In this document: piece by piece, positions 39,732 through 49,112 of the stretch | Numbering within the stretch: the stretch's first letter is position 1 | Layout: every line of letters begins with the position of its first letter | Source: an uncultured candidate division Zixibacteria bacterium | Lineage (GTDB): Bacteria; Zixibacteria; MSB-5A5; GN15; PGXB01 | Length of the DNA: 64,000 nucleotides | Reading direction: 5' to 3' | Assembly: GCA_963702205.1 (NCBI GenBank) | Contig: OY969724.1 | Span: 2,592,001 to 2,656,000 of the forward strand | The notes under the pieces: model-generated | Told to the model about the DNA's origin: nothing | What the model saw: only the letters and a program-made list of their open reading frames with translations | Databases searched by the model: none | Program-made: the position numbers and the translations under genes

Positions 39732-40412
39732 TCAGGCTTCAATCGATTGACCGGGTTCGACAATAACGGCCTCGGTGCCGGAACCTTTGACTTTGTTTAC
39801 GAAATCGACGGGTTCGACGTCGATTACGGGCCACGTCTTATAGTGAATCGGCACGACTTTCCTGGGGTGCAAAAATTCCACGGCCTTGACGGCATCGGTA
39901 ATACCCATCGTGAAATTGTCCCCTATTGGCAGAAAGGCGAGGTCGATTTTGTTCATGTCACCGATCAATTTCATATCATAGAACAATGATGTGTCACCGG
40001 AATGATACATCGTCTTCCCGCCCATCGTAACCAGAAATCCGCATGGATTTCCGGTATAGACAAGTCCATCCTCGGCCGCCGACCCGTGGTGAGCGATAGT
40101 CAGCTTAACCCGTCCGAACGGGAAATCATGGGCTCCCCCGATATGCATGTTGTGCGCTTCGGCTCCTTTTTGAGACACATAGACAGCCAGTTCATTGGGT
40201 GCAATAATTATCGCTTTGTTCGCTTTTGCGATCGGAATGGAATCGCCCAGGTGGTCGCTGTGGCCGTGGGTAAGTAATATAAAATCGACTTTTACATCCT
40301 CGGGCTTTATCGTCGCCTGCGGGTTGCCGGTGAGGAACGGGTCGATGATGATGTTATATTTGCCGTCGGTCGCCATGACACAACTGTGTCCGAGAAATGT
40401 CGCTTTAAGCAT
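39732..40412 (-). CDS. Metal-dependent hydrolase, MBL fold (UPF0173)
   Basis: IDPFL, THGHSDH, HSGDT, PIGDNFTM, PIHY. Confidence 0.93.
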   Translation of the reverse strand: MLKATFLGHSCVMATDGKYNIIIDPFLTGNPQATIKPEDVKVDFILLTHGHSDHLGDSIPIAKANKAIIIAPNELAVYVSQKGAEAHNMHIGGAHDFPFGRVKLTIAHHGSAAEDGLVYTGNPCGFLVTMGGKTMYHSGDTSLFYDMKLIGDMNKIDLAFLPIGDNFTMGITDAVKAVEFLHPRKVVPIHYKTWPVIDVEPVDFVNKVKGSGTEAVIVEPGQSIEA

Positions 40413-40464
40413 ATCTTACTCCTTGGGTTTTTATGTACCGATTATACAACCGGCGAGGCGGCGA

Positions 40465-41577
40465 TCAATTAATTTTTTCGAGGGAGATAAACCCGCCGCC
40501 GAGGACGGTGTCGCCGTCGTAAAAGACGGCCGATTGTCCGGGCGTAATGGCACGGGCGGGTCGCTGAAAAATGATACGGGCGGTATTGTTGTCGTGCGGC
40601 TCAACTCGGGCTGGAGCGGCGGTGTGCAAATAGCGGATTTTTATTTGGGCGTCAAACGGTTGGGTCGGATTATTCAGAAAGATCCAGTTAATGCCCGACA
40701 CCCAAAACTCGGTTTGGAGCAGGTTATCATTATCTCCTACGACAATGTCATTGGTCTGCGCATCGAGCTTTGTAACATATAACGGGGTTGGATTGGATAT
40801 ACCAAGCCCCTTGCGCTGGCCTATAGTGTAAAAGGCGACGCCATCGTGTTGATTCAGGACTTTACCCGTGCCGTCGACAATATTACCTTTATCGAAAGCG
40901 TGTCCGCGCTTCGATTCCCACTCCTTTAAAAAGCGCCGGTAGTTGTCGTCGGCGACAAAACAGATTTCCCGGGATTCGGCTTTGTGGGCACTTTTCAAAC
41001 CATAGTCGATTGCCTTGGTACGAACTTCGGCTTTGGTGTATTTTCCCAAAGGAAACAAGGTGTGAGCGAGCGCATCCTGAGACAGGCCCCAGAGGGCGTA
41101 GGACTGATCGCGCGTATTGTCAATCCCGCGCTTTATCTTATATCTGTCCGTGGTGGCATCAAATTCAATTTGCGCATAATGTCCGGTGGCTATATAATCA
41201 CAGCCGACTTCCCGAGCCTTCTGCAGAAAATTCGACCATTTCAGATGCGTATTACACAGCACACAGGGATTGGGCGTCCGGCCTTTTTTATATTCCGACA
41301 CGAAATTGTCTATCACGACGTCTTTGAACTGCGACGAGAAATTGAGGACATAAAACGGCACGCCTATCGAAGCGCAAATCTGGTGCAGGTCGTTGATATC
41401 TTCGAGCGAACAGCAACGTCCGTCGCGATGCACGTCGCCGCCGACTTCCGAAAAATCCCAGAGCTTCATGTGGGCCGCGGCGACCTCGTGACCTTCATCG
41501 AGAAGGAGCTTCATCGCGGTCGTGGAGTCGACCCCGCCCGAAACGGCGACCAGTATTTTTTTCTTCTTATCAATCAT
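40465..41577 (-). CDS. mnmA: tRNA 2-thiouridine(34) synthase
   Basis: SGGVDS, TPNPCVLCN, ATGHY, DQSY, EICF, TIGQRKG, TPGQ. Start taken as the ATG at 41577. Confidence 0.97.
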   Translation of the reverse strand: MIDKKKKILVAVSGGVDSTTAMKLLLDEGHEVAAAHMKLWDFSEVGGDVHRDGRCCSLEDINDLHQICASIGVPFYVLNFSSQFKDVVIDNFVSEYKKGRTPNPCVLCNTHLKWSNFLQKAREVGCDYIATGHYAQIEFDATTDRYKIKRGIDNTRDQSYALWGLSQDALAHTLFPLGKYTKAEVRTKAIDYGLKSAHKAESREICFVADDNYRRFLKEWESKRGHAFDKGNIVDGTGKVLNQHDGVAFYTIGQRKGLGISNPTPLYVTKLDAQTNDIVVGDNDNLLQTEFWVSGINWIFLNNPTQPFDAQIKIRYLHTAAPARVEPHDNNTARIIFQRPARAITPGQSAVFYDGDTVLGGGFISLEKIN

Positions 41578-41625
41578 AAAAAAAGGGCCGGAAAAACCGA
41601 CCCTTCGATTTTTCCCGGACAATTC

Positions 41626-42798
41626 CTATTTTTTCGCTTGTGCGTACAACGGCGACATGGCTCGCAGTCTCTCGACGATTTCGGGAAGAACGTCGATCGT
41701 GTACTGCAGGTCCGCTTTGGTCGTGAAGCGCCCCAGCGAAAATCGAATCGAACCCTGGGCCAGTTCCACGGGAACCGACATGGCCGTCAGGACGTGCGAG
41801 GCTTCGAGCGAACCCGACGTGCAGGCCGAGCCCGAGGCCACCCCGATACCTTTCATATCGAGCGAGAGAATGATCGATTCACCCTCGATGTATTCGAACG
41901 ACAGGTTCACTGTTGACGGGACTCGTTTCTGATCGCGCGGGCCGTTGAGATAAACGTTGGGCACTTTGGCCGTGACACCCTCAATGAAGAAATCGGCCAG
42001 TTCGGTCAGGCGTTCGTGCTCGCTTTCGCGCAGGCTTTCGGCGAGTTCGAGAGCGCTGGCCAGACCGACTATACCGGCGACGTTTTCCGTGCCGGGACGT
42101 CTCCCCTTCTCGTGATGTCCCCCGTGGGCCAATGGCGTGATCTTGACACCTTTGCGTATATAAAGAACGCCGACGCCTTTGGGACCGTAAAATTTATGGG
42201 CCGACATAGCCAGCATATCGACGTCGAGCTCTTTGATGTCGACTTTTATCTTCCCTATCGCCTGTACGGCATCGGTATGAAAAAGAGCCCCTTTATCGTG
42301 GGCGACGTCAGATAATTTTCTTATATCCTGTATGGTGCCGACTTCGTTGTTGGCCATCATGATCGAAACCAGCGAGGTCGATTCCGAAACTTTTTCGGCG
42401 AGGTCATCGGCGGGAATGACACCTTCTTCATCCGTGCCCAGAATTTCAATCCGGGAACCTTCCTTGCCGAGGAATTTGACCGTCTCCAATACGGCGTGAT
42501 GTTCGACGGCCGACGTTATTATATGATCGCGCTTTTTGCGTAGATGATGAGCCGCGCCGCCGACGGCGATATTATCCGACTCGGTCCCGCCGGATGTGAA
42601 GTATATTTCCGAAGGTTCCGCTCCGATAATTTCGGCGACTTTTTCACGGGACTGTTCGAGGGCCGTTTTGGCATCGCGCCCGAACTGATGCACTGAACTG
42701 GCGTTGCCGTACTTTTCTTTCAAATATGGCAGCATCGCCTCAAGCACTCTCTCATCGAGAGGGGTCGTGGCGTTGTAATCGAGGTATATCTGTTTCAC
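41626..42798 (-). CDS. iscS: Cysteine desulfurase (IscS/NifS)
   Basis: YLDYNATT, TSGGTESDN, HTDAVQ, SAHKFYGPKG, SGSACTS. Confidence 0.96.
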   Translation of the reverse strand: MKQIYLDYNATTPLDERVLEAMLPYLKEKYGNASSVHQFGRDAKTALEQSREKVAEIIGAEPSEIYFTSGGTESDNIAVGGAAHHLRKKRDHIITSAVEHHAVLETVKFLGKEGSRIEILGTDEEGVIPADDLAEKVSESTSLVSIMMANNEVGTIQDIRKLSDVAHDKGALFHTDAVQAIGKIKVDIKELDVDMLAMSAHKFYGPKGVGVLYIRKGVKITPLAHGGHHEKGRRPGTENVAGIVGLASALELAESLRESEHERLTELADFFIEGVTAKVPNVYLNGPRDQKRVPSTVNLSFEYIEGESIILSLDMKGIGVASGSACTSGSLEASHVLTAMSVPVELAQGSIRFSLGRFTTKADLQYTIDVLPEIVERLRAMSPLYAQAKK

Positions 42799-42830
42799 TG
42801 CGTTCTATCCTTTTAAAATATATAACGACC

Positions 42831-42869
42831 TAATGTGACCCAAATTAGTCAATTATTCTATTTTGTCAA
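42831..42869 (-). promoter_or_regulatory. Putative iscS promoter with overlapping Rrf2/IscR-like operator
   Basis: TTGACA-16-TAATTT overlapped by the imperfect dyad ATAATTGAC-TAATTTGG-GTCACATTA. Confidence 0.45.
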
Positions 42870-42906
42870 TACCCATAAATACGGGGCAATGTTCCCCGGC
42901 ATCGAA

Positions 42907-44838
42907 CTAAAAAGCATAAAGGATGGTGAAATGAAAGCGGTAGCCCGCACTGTATAAATGAGTGCGGATGCGGCGGGCGTAATCGAGCCTGATCGGCCCT
43001 GCCGGTGAGATAAACTGAATTCCGGTGCCGTACGCCAGGGCCAGTGAATTCGGCTTAATTTCACTGTAATCCCGGTATCCATTGCCGGCATCGGCGAATA
43101 TCGAGCCCCAGAACTTACCGATCATTTTATAACGAAATTCCTGGTTGGCTATCAAAACAATTCGCGCACCTTCGGGGGTCGGGTCGGGATCTCCCGTTTG
43201 CGGGCCGAGGCTGTTTTCCTTGAAGCCCCGGATGGTATTGGCTCCGCCCAAATAATAACGGACGTCCACCGGCACTTCCTTTGAATTGCCGAACTGGCGG
43301 ACACTCCCGAATTTCAGCCTTGTCGCCGAGATCCAGCCCGGCCAGAATCTCTGGTATCGCGACCACGCGGCGTCCACTTTCCAGAAGGAATCGTCCCCAC
43401 CCAAAAACCCACCGGCGCTCTCAAATCCGAAATTGGTCAGCGATCCGCCGGTCGGGACAAACGGGTTGTTGCGGCTATCGCGGTTAACGGTAAGATAGAA
43501 GCGCCTTCGGTTGGAAAGTTTCTTTTCCTGTTTCAACAGAATCTGGTCTTCCATGCTCAGTCCGGATATTTTAACCGACTCGTATTCGAACCCCGCCAGG
43601 CTTTTGACAACCTGTCCGAACTCGCGGTTGGTCGTAAACGACACCGACCACGTTCGTATTTTATAATCTTGCACGCGATCCTTCACCGGCGGCGAAATCT
43701 CGCCCGTGAAAGTCAGCGGCATTCTGATTCCCAGAAACCACGGTTCTTTAAAACGTAGACGATAACTGTGTTCGAGAAACCGCCATTCCGTAAAGATCAC
43801 CGATGACGCATACGCCGAAAGCTCTATCGACCGCGATCGAAATATATTGCGTTTGCCCCATGCAATTGAGAAAGTCCAGGTAAGGTCCTTGATCGAGTCC
43901 TGCGAAGCACCGGTTTTAATCGAGACATATTGCGGGTTCTTTTCGCGTAACGATAGAATGAAATCCGGATTAAGACGGTTGACCCCTTTGGTCGAATCGC
44001 GGGCGGCACTGTTTAGTTGAAGGGTCAGATAATCGCCCGTTTGATACAACCGCCGCTGGGACTCCATAATGTCTTTGCGTCGGTAAATGTCGCCCGGCTT
44101 AAACGTCAGCTCTCTCATGGCTATTGAGGCATTGTATTTTTTGGCGCTGAGTACCCGAATATCCCCGAAATGCACCAGTGAATCGGAATTAACTTTGAAC
44201 TGGATTCTCGCCCCGTTGGTTTGTGTGGTCGTATCTATGGAATAGTCGGCCATGGAGTACGGATACCCATTATTGGCCAGTTCCGCTTTGATATCATAAA
44301 CGGCCTGTTTCAGTGCGAAGGGATCGACCGGTTTGCCGCCCTCGAATCGACCAGCGATATTACCAAACTCTCCTTCGAATTGCTTTTCGAAGCGGCCCGT
44401 CACAATAACCGAATCGTAAACGAATTGCCGCCCTTCATAAATAAAAAGGCTGACCAGTGCATTGGAATCTTTTGGCAATGGTTCAAACGTCTCGGTCACC
44501 CTGACCCCGAGAAATCCTTTGGACAAATATAAATACTTCACTTCAGATGTATCTTTAAGCGGCGTTTCTCGCTGAACCCGAATTCTACGGTCGGATTTAA
44601 GCGATTTAAAGAAGTTGTGGGTTCTTGAATACAGGGCCGACCTGATTTCAGACCTTGAGAAAAATCCACTATCCTCGGGATTTATGGTCGGATGAATTTC
44701 AATATAAATGGAATCAATTTTGGGCTTTTTGAGAATCCACCTCTGATAGTCCGGATTTATGACAAATTGGGCCATGCACTGCCCGCCCGGCACAATCGCG
44801 AAAATGACGAAAATTACTATTTTGGCGAATTTGCTCAA
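42907..44838 (-). CDS. Omp85-family outer membrane protein (TamA/BamA-like)
   Basis: POTRA-like N-terminus, YYLGGANTIRGF, GPIRLDYA, C-terminal Phe. Coupled to the TamB-like gene. Confidence 0.9.
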   Translation of the reverse strand: MSKFAKIVIFVIFAIVPGGQCMAQFVINPDYQRWILKKPKIDSIYIEIHPTINPEDSGFFSRSEIRSALYSRTHNFFKSLKSDRRIRVQRETPLKDTSEVKYLYLSKGFLGVRVTETFEPLPKDSNALVSLFIYEGRQFVYDSVIVTGRFEKQFEGEFGNIAGRFEGGKPVDPFALKQAVYDIKAELANNGYPYSMADYSIDTTTQTNGARIQFKVNSDSLVHFGDIRVLSAKKYNASIAMRELTFKPGDIYRRKDIMESQRRLYQTGDYLTLQLNSAARDSTKGVNRLNPDFILSLREKNPQYVSIKTGASQDSIKDLTWTFSIAWGKRNIFRSRSIELSAYASSVIFTEWRFLEHSYRLRFKEPWFLGIRMPLTFTGEISPPVKDRVQDYKIRTWSVSFTTNREFGQVVKSLAGFEYESVKISGLSMEDQILLKQEKKLSNRRRFYLTVNRDSRNNPFVPTGGSLTNFGFESAGGFLGGDDSFWKVDAAWSRYQRFWPGWISATRLKFGSVRQFGNSKEVPVDVRYYLGGANTIRGFKENSLGPQTGDPDPTPEGARIVLIANQEFRYKMIGKFWGSIFADAGNGYRDYSEIKPNSLALAYGTGIQFISPAGPIRLDYARRIRTHLYSAGYRFHFTILYAF

Positions 44839-44839
44839 A

Positions 44840-47800
44840 TCAATAGTCCCAGTAAAAATTCAATAATAAATGGTACAGCTCGTTTTCATCCTTGCTGCCT
44901 TCAATCAGAAGGAATCGTTTGAGCCGGTACTCAAAACCAATCTCCTGACCTTGGGAACTTGAAATGGCCGAACGCCCGTAAACATACAAATTGGGATGCA
45001 GCGAAAAACCCAGACCAACTTTTGTACCCAACGGTTCTAATTTGTCGCCATAAACAGGGTCAATCTCGAACGTCTCAACACCGATATTACTTAATGTTCT
45101 CGTGCCGATCTGGGATAACTGTGAGCCGATTAAACCTGCCCCAAAGCTTCCCAGCCTGCCTCCAAGAAAAGTCTCGCTTGAACCGTAACCGTTAGAACCG
45201 GCATAGTAGTCGGTGAAAATCAGGCCCAGCATTTCATCCTTCGTAAATGGAGAATCTTCGCATGGATTAATATCGGGATTGTCCATGGTTCCAGTGATTT
45301 GGATGCAAAGGTCGAGAGTCTGAGTTTGAGGCTGCCCGAACTGGTCGACCTGTTCCGATGCTGCCCGAATTTTAGTACTGGCGGAGATATTCAGCTTAGG
45401 GTTTGGTGATTCGATGTCATCGTAAATTATAGTCCCGCCGGGGTCTATTCGATAGGTTCGCCCCTGCAAATAACCTTTGCCTCTGAGGATTTCCAACTGC
45501 CCGATATACCGATAATTATTATTGGTTCGGATAAAATTCAACGAGCCGGAGAGCTCGGCATCGAGTTCGTCGTTTTTTACCCAGGCGTTCGACGGGAATT
45601 CGACGTTTAGATTCAGATTCCAGGTGTTCTCGTTTCCGAGCGTCGTCAGCAAAAGCCAGCCTTCGTCTTCTTCGGCGAAATTCTCAAGATAGTGGGCACT
45701 GATTATATTGACGTCTCCATAAACTGTTGGCGGCGTTCGGCCTTTAATCACCAGATTGGCGTCGGCTACCGCCGATATGTCTCCCAATTCATATTTGACG
45801 GGGAATTGCTTAAGTGTCACTTTAAGGTTATAATCGAGCGTATCCAATGAAACAATCGTAACTGTTCCTTCAGCGCCGATTTTTCCCAATTCCCGGTTGC
45901 CATCGCGACATATGGCCGACGCCGATTTGACATGAATGGTCTTGTTTTCCATCTCCAGATTCAGATTGAAATTCTCCAGCGGAAGGACCAGATCATACGG
46001 CTTTATTTTTCCGTCATTTATCGACGCCTGGCCGTCGATGTTGGGCGTAAGTGGCTTGCCGGTCAGCCGGAATGAGGCATCGAATTGCCCTTCCATGTCC
46101 TCGATCTCCGGCATATACATCTGGATTAAATCAAAGGTCGTATCGCGGCCGACGATATCGATTGACTGCTCCGCATCGGGGAACCGGTTGGCCACCGTCT
46201 CCAGCGCGAGGTTTATGGGGAATTCTCCCTGCGCGCGGAAATACCCGCCCCTCGTTTTAAGATACAGAGAACCGATATTGACTTTTTCATCGGCATAGTC
46301 GAATGCCGTATATAAATCCAGATTCAATTGCTTACCGCTGACGGGATGAGTATAAGCCAAAGAATCCACAAACGCGTCGCACGATATTATCGGCGACCCC
46401 AGAGTTCCGTGCACACTGATCGAGCCCGACATTATTCCCGAAATATTGAAATCCTCGGTAATCAGCCTGACCCAGGTGGCGATCTCGGCAGTCTGGACGT
46501 TTATGTCGAAATCAATCGACTCATCGTAATTATACCTGCCGCTCGCGACCAGAAGCCCACCCGATGGATTCAATTCGCATTGTTTGATATCGTATCCGGC
46601 AGAATCAATGTCGATCAAGACCGGCTCGACACTAACAATCGGCTGATCGAACAACGTGATTATGGCCGTATCCAGTTCCAGATGCATCGGCTCCGACATA
46701 TAATCCAGATTCGCCGTCGCCGACGCACTTCCGAAATCGTTATCGAAAAATAAGCGGGTGATGCCGACAAATTCAGAGTCGACGTCCATATCCAGTTCCA
46801 GGTCGTTGAACGGAAGCTGATAGGCGGCGCCATTGTACATCCGAGCAAAGGCCTTCCCCGACCTCTTCCCCATAAATCGTTCAATGCCGCATTCGAGTTC
46901 GGCCGAGTCGGAGAAGATATCGTACAACCATAACGAATCGGAAGTCAGCCGGCCGGTCAGATCGGGGTCGGCGGTTTTGCCGGTAACCGTGTATGTGGCG
47001 GACCCACGGCCGCCCAGAGTTTCTATGAAAGTCAGGCTGTCAAACCGTGACAAATCATTGAAATTGGCGGTACCCTCGATATAGATATCGCCGCTGTAAT
47101 TGACCCGTCCTGAAAATATGAACTGATTGTCATAATATCCGAGCATGAAGTCCTTGTCAAACATTATACTGTCGGTCGTAATGGTGGCATGACCGCGAGC
47201 CACGTGGGGCGCAATAATGTCAAACGTCGATTTGCCCAATCCCAGGTCGACGTCGATCGTCATATCATTACTTTTCAACCCTCGGCCAACCAGATCAAGC
47301 GATCCCGAGAGATCAGATTTAAATGAGCCTGGAACAAGGTGATCGAGGTTAAAGCCATTAATATCCCCATGTAGTCCGTAGGTTTCCGGATGTGCTCCGA
47401 GATTCAAAAAGCCATTGGCTTCCACCCCACAGCCGCCCAATATGGTGCCATCGAGGGTGTCAAAGGTAATGTAATTGTCTTTCATCGTAAATCTGGCCGA
47501 AAGCGAATCGAACGAGCGGTTCATGAAGTCACCGCCGACGTGCACGTCACCGTGCAGAGTCTTGTCTGCGTAATCCAGGCTGCCGCGCAAAGAAACATTG
47601 CCGTTAAGGTCCGGTCCGAGGAAGCTGGCCAGTTCCGGCACGTTGAGATTTTCGGCTGACACGGTCAGGTTCCAGTTGAGGCTGTCGCCGAACTGCACGT
47701 GCCCGTCCATAATCATATCCGAGGAATCTGTAATCAGAAACAGGCTTTGAAAGAGCAGGTCGTTTCGGTTGAGGGTTATCTTTCCCCCGGCCGTTTTGAT

Positions 47801-48397
47801 GCTGAGGCGATCTTCCGATGACTCATAGCTCAGCCCGTCGATGTCCATCGAATACGTCCCGCCCTGGCCCGACATGTGGGCTTTAAAAATTATGTCATTG
47901 AAGGTCACGGTATCTTTGGGACGGATTATATTCAATTTCAGCTTGTTTAGCCCCAGTTCCTGAATTTCGAAGTCGAATACGGTCTGACCGCCGCCTTCTT
48001 TGGGCTCCGGCCTGGGCAACAACCAATGGCCATCGGGGGCCTGCTTTATGGTTATTTCCGCCGAATCTATAAATATCTTTTTGAAGATGATCTGATTTTT
48101 CCAGAAATCTTCCAGTGAATATTCAAAAGAGAATTCCGGGATCGATGCCATGATGTACTGGGTTGTACTATCCTTGTACAAAATGTCCAGACGATTGACG
48201 TTAAGTTCGGAAAACATGTTGCCGGTAATTTCCTGAATATGCACCTGCACCGGGAGCTGCTCGCCGATGATATCCTGAAGCGCTTTATTCGAAAGCTTTT
48301 CGATAAGGCCGAAATGGAACAGCGCCAAATAGGCCGTCGCCAGGAAGACCACCACCGAAATGACAATTGCCAGTATTATTCTATAAAGCAGACGCAT
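44840..48397 (-). CDS. tamB: Translocation/assembly module TamB (DUF490) protein
   Basis: 1185 aa, N-terminal TM, beta-taco repeats, C-terminal PKLNISA..ITGT..NP and EYRL motifs. Confidence 0.8.
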   Translation of the reverse strand: MRLLYRIILAIVISVVVFLATAYLALFHFGLIEKLSNKALQDIIGEQLPVQVHIQEITGNMFSELNVNRLDILYKDSTTQYIMASIPEFSFEYSLEDFWKNQIIFKKIFIDSAEITIKQAPDGHWLLPRPEPKEGGGQTVFDFEIQELGLNKLKLNIIRPKDTVTFNDIIFKAHMSGQGGTYSMDIDGLSYESSEDRLSIKTAGGKITLNRNDLLFQSLFLITDSSDMIMDGHVQFGDSLNWNLTVSAENLNVPELASFLGPDLNGNVSLRGSLDYADKTLHGDVHVGGDFMNRSFDSLSARFTMKDNYITFDTLDGTILGGCGVEANGFLNLGAHPETYGLHGDINGFNLDHLVPGSFKSDLSGSLDLVGRGLKSNDMTIDVDLGLGKSTFDIIAPHVARGHATITTDSIMFDKDFMLGYYDNQFIFSGRVNYSGDIYIEGTANFNDLSRFDSLTFIETLGGRGSATYTVTGKTADPDLTGRLTSDSLWLYDIFSDSAELECGIERFMGKRSGKAFARMYNGAAYQLPFNDLELDMDVDSEFVGITRLFFDNDFGSASATANLDYMSEPMHLELDTAIITLFDQPIVSVEPVLIDIDSAGYDIKQCELNPSGGLLVASGRYNYDESIDFDINVQTAEIATWVRLITEDFNISGIMSGSISVHGTLGSPIISCDAFVDSLAYTHPVSGKQLNLDLYTAFDYADEKVNIGSLYLKTRGGYFRAQGEFPINLALETVANRFPDAEQSIDIVGRDTTFDLIQMYMPEIEDMEGQFDASFRLTGKPLTPNIDGQASINDGKIKPYDLVLPLENFNLNLEMENKTIHVKSASAICRDGNRELGKIGAEGTVTIVSLDTLDYNLKVTLKQFPVKYELGDISAVADANLVIKGRTPPTVYGDVNIISAHYLENFAEEDEGWLLLTTLGNENTWNLNLNVEFPSNAWVKNDELDAELSGSLNFIRTNNNYRYIGQLEILRGKGYLQGRTYRIDPGGTIIYDDIESPNPKLNISASTKIRAASEQVDQFGQPQTQTLDLCIQITGTMDNPDINPCEDSPFTKDEMLGLIFTDYYAGSNGYGSSETFLGGRLGSFGAGLIGSQLSQIGTRTLSNIGVETFEIDPVYGDKLEPLGTKVGLGFSLHPNLYVYGRSAISSSQGQEIGFEYRLKRFLLIEGSKDENELYHLLLNFYWDY

Positions 48398-49061
48398 TCT
48401 TGCGTTCCAGCTCCTTAATTAACGTCACCGTCATGACTGCGTTTTCCGACGATACCAGCGGGCGTATATCCGCAAGCACGGTTTTCAGCATTTCGAAACT
48501 CGCTCCCATATTGAGGCTGCCGAGCAAATGAGACAGAAGCTGGCGGCGACGACCGTCGACAATCAACGCCGCCACTTCGGCCAGTTCTCTTTCTATATGG
48601 CTCAAACCGGGACGGCTAAGTACTTTGCCGTAACCTTCCACCACCATCCAGCGAAACAACTCCGGAGATACGTTCAGGAATTTTTCCCGCAGACGTTCGT
48701 AATTTTTCCCGTACACATCACGGCACAGCTTTGAACCGTCATCGAACCATCGCCGTGATTCCTCAGGTGTAATCGGTCCAAAAATACTACGGTCCTTTCC
48801 GTTGCCATACACTTCATTATATGCCAGAGCGGCCTCGATCATTCGTGGAAATCCAAGAAAAAGATAGCTTTGCAGGATAGTTTCGTGAATGGCCGTTTGA
48901 TCGAACTCTCGTGATTTGAAATATCTCATCGCGATCTCGGTCTTAGCCGTATGACCGATGGATATAATACCTGACAATACGGCAATCGGCCGGTACCTGC
49001 CCTCGCTGCAGTCGTCGAACAGCGATCCAAGATGTTTTTTTAGGCCATCATCAGTTAACAT
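48381..49061 (-). CDS. Carboxymuconolactone decarboxylase/AhpD-like protein
   Basis: ETILQSYLFLGFPR, GYGKVLSRPGL..RELAEV, H..G. Start 49061 (or 49070). Confidence 0.85.
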   Translation of the reverse strand: MLTDDGLKKHLGSLFDDCSEGRYRPIAVLSGIISIGHTAKTEIAMRYFKSREFDQTAIHETILQSYLFLGFPRMIEAALAYNEVYGNGKDRSIFGPITPEESRRWFDDGSKLCRDVYGKNYERLREKFLNVSPELFRWMVVEGYGKVLSRPGLSHIERELAEVAALIVDGRRRQLLSHLLGSLNMGASFEMLKTVLADIRPLVSSENAVMTVTLIKELERKNASAL

Positions 49062-49112
49062 GATTTCCATTATAAATATTTGAAGGTGGCAATGGCAACT
49101 GCGTTTTTGCAG

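Noticed and set aside
37960..41916. + strand ORFs 37960-39072, 40195-40782 and 40984-41916
   Set aside because: Antisense shadows of the AsmA, MBL hydrolase, mnmA and iscS genes.
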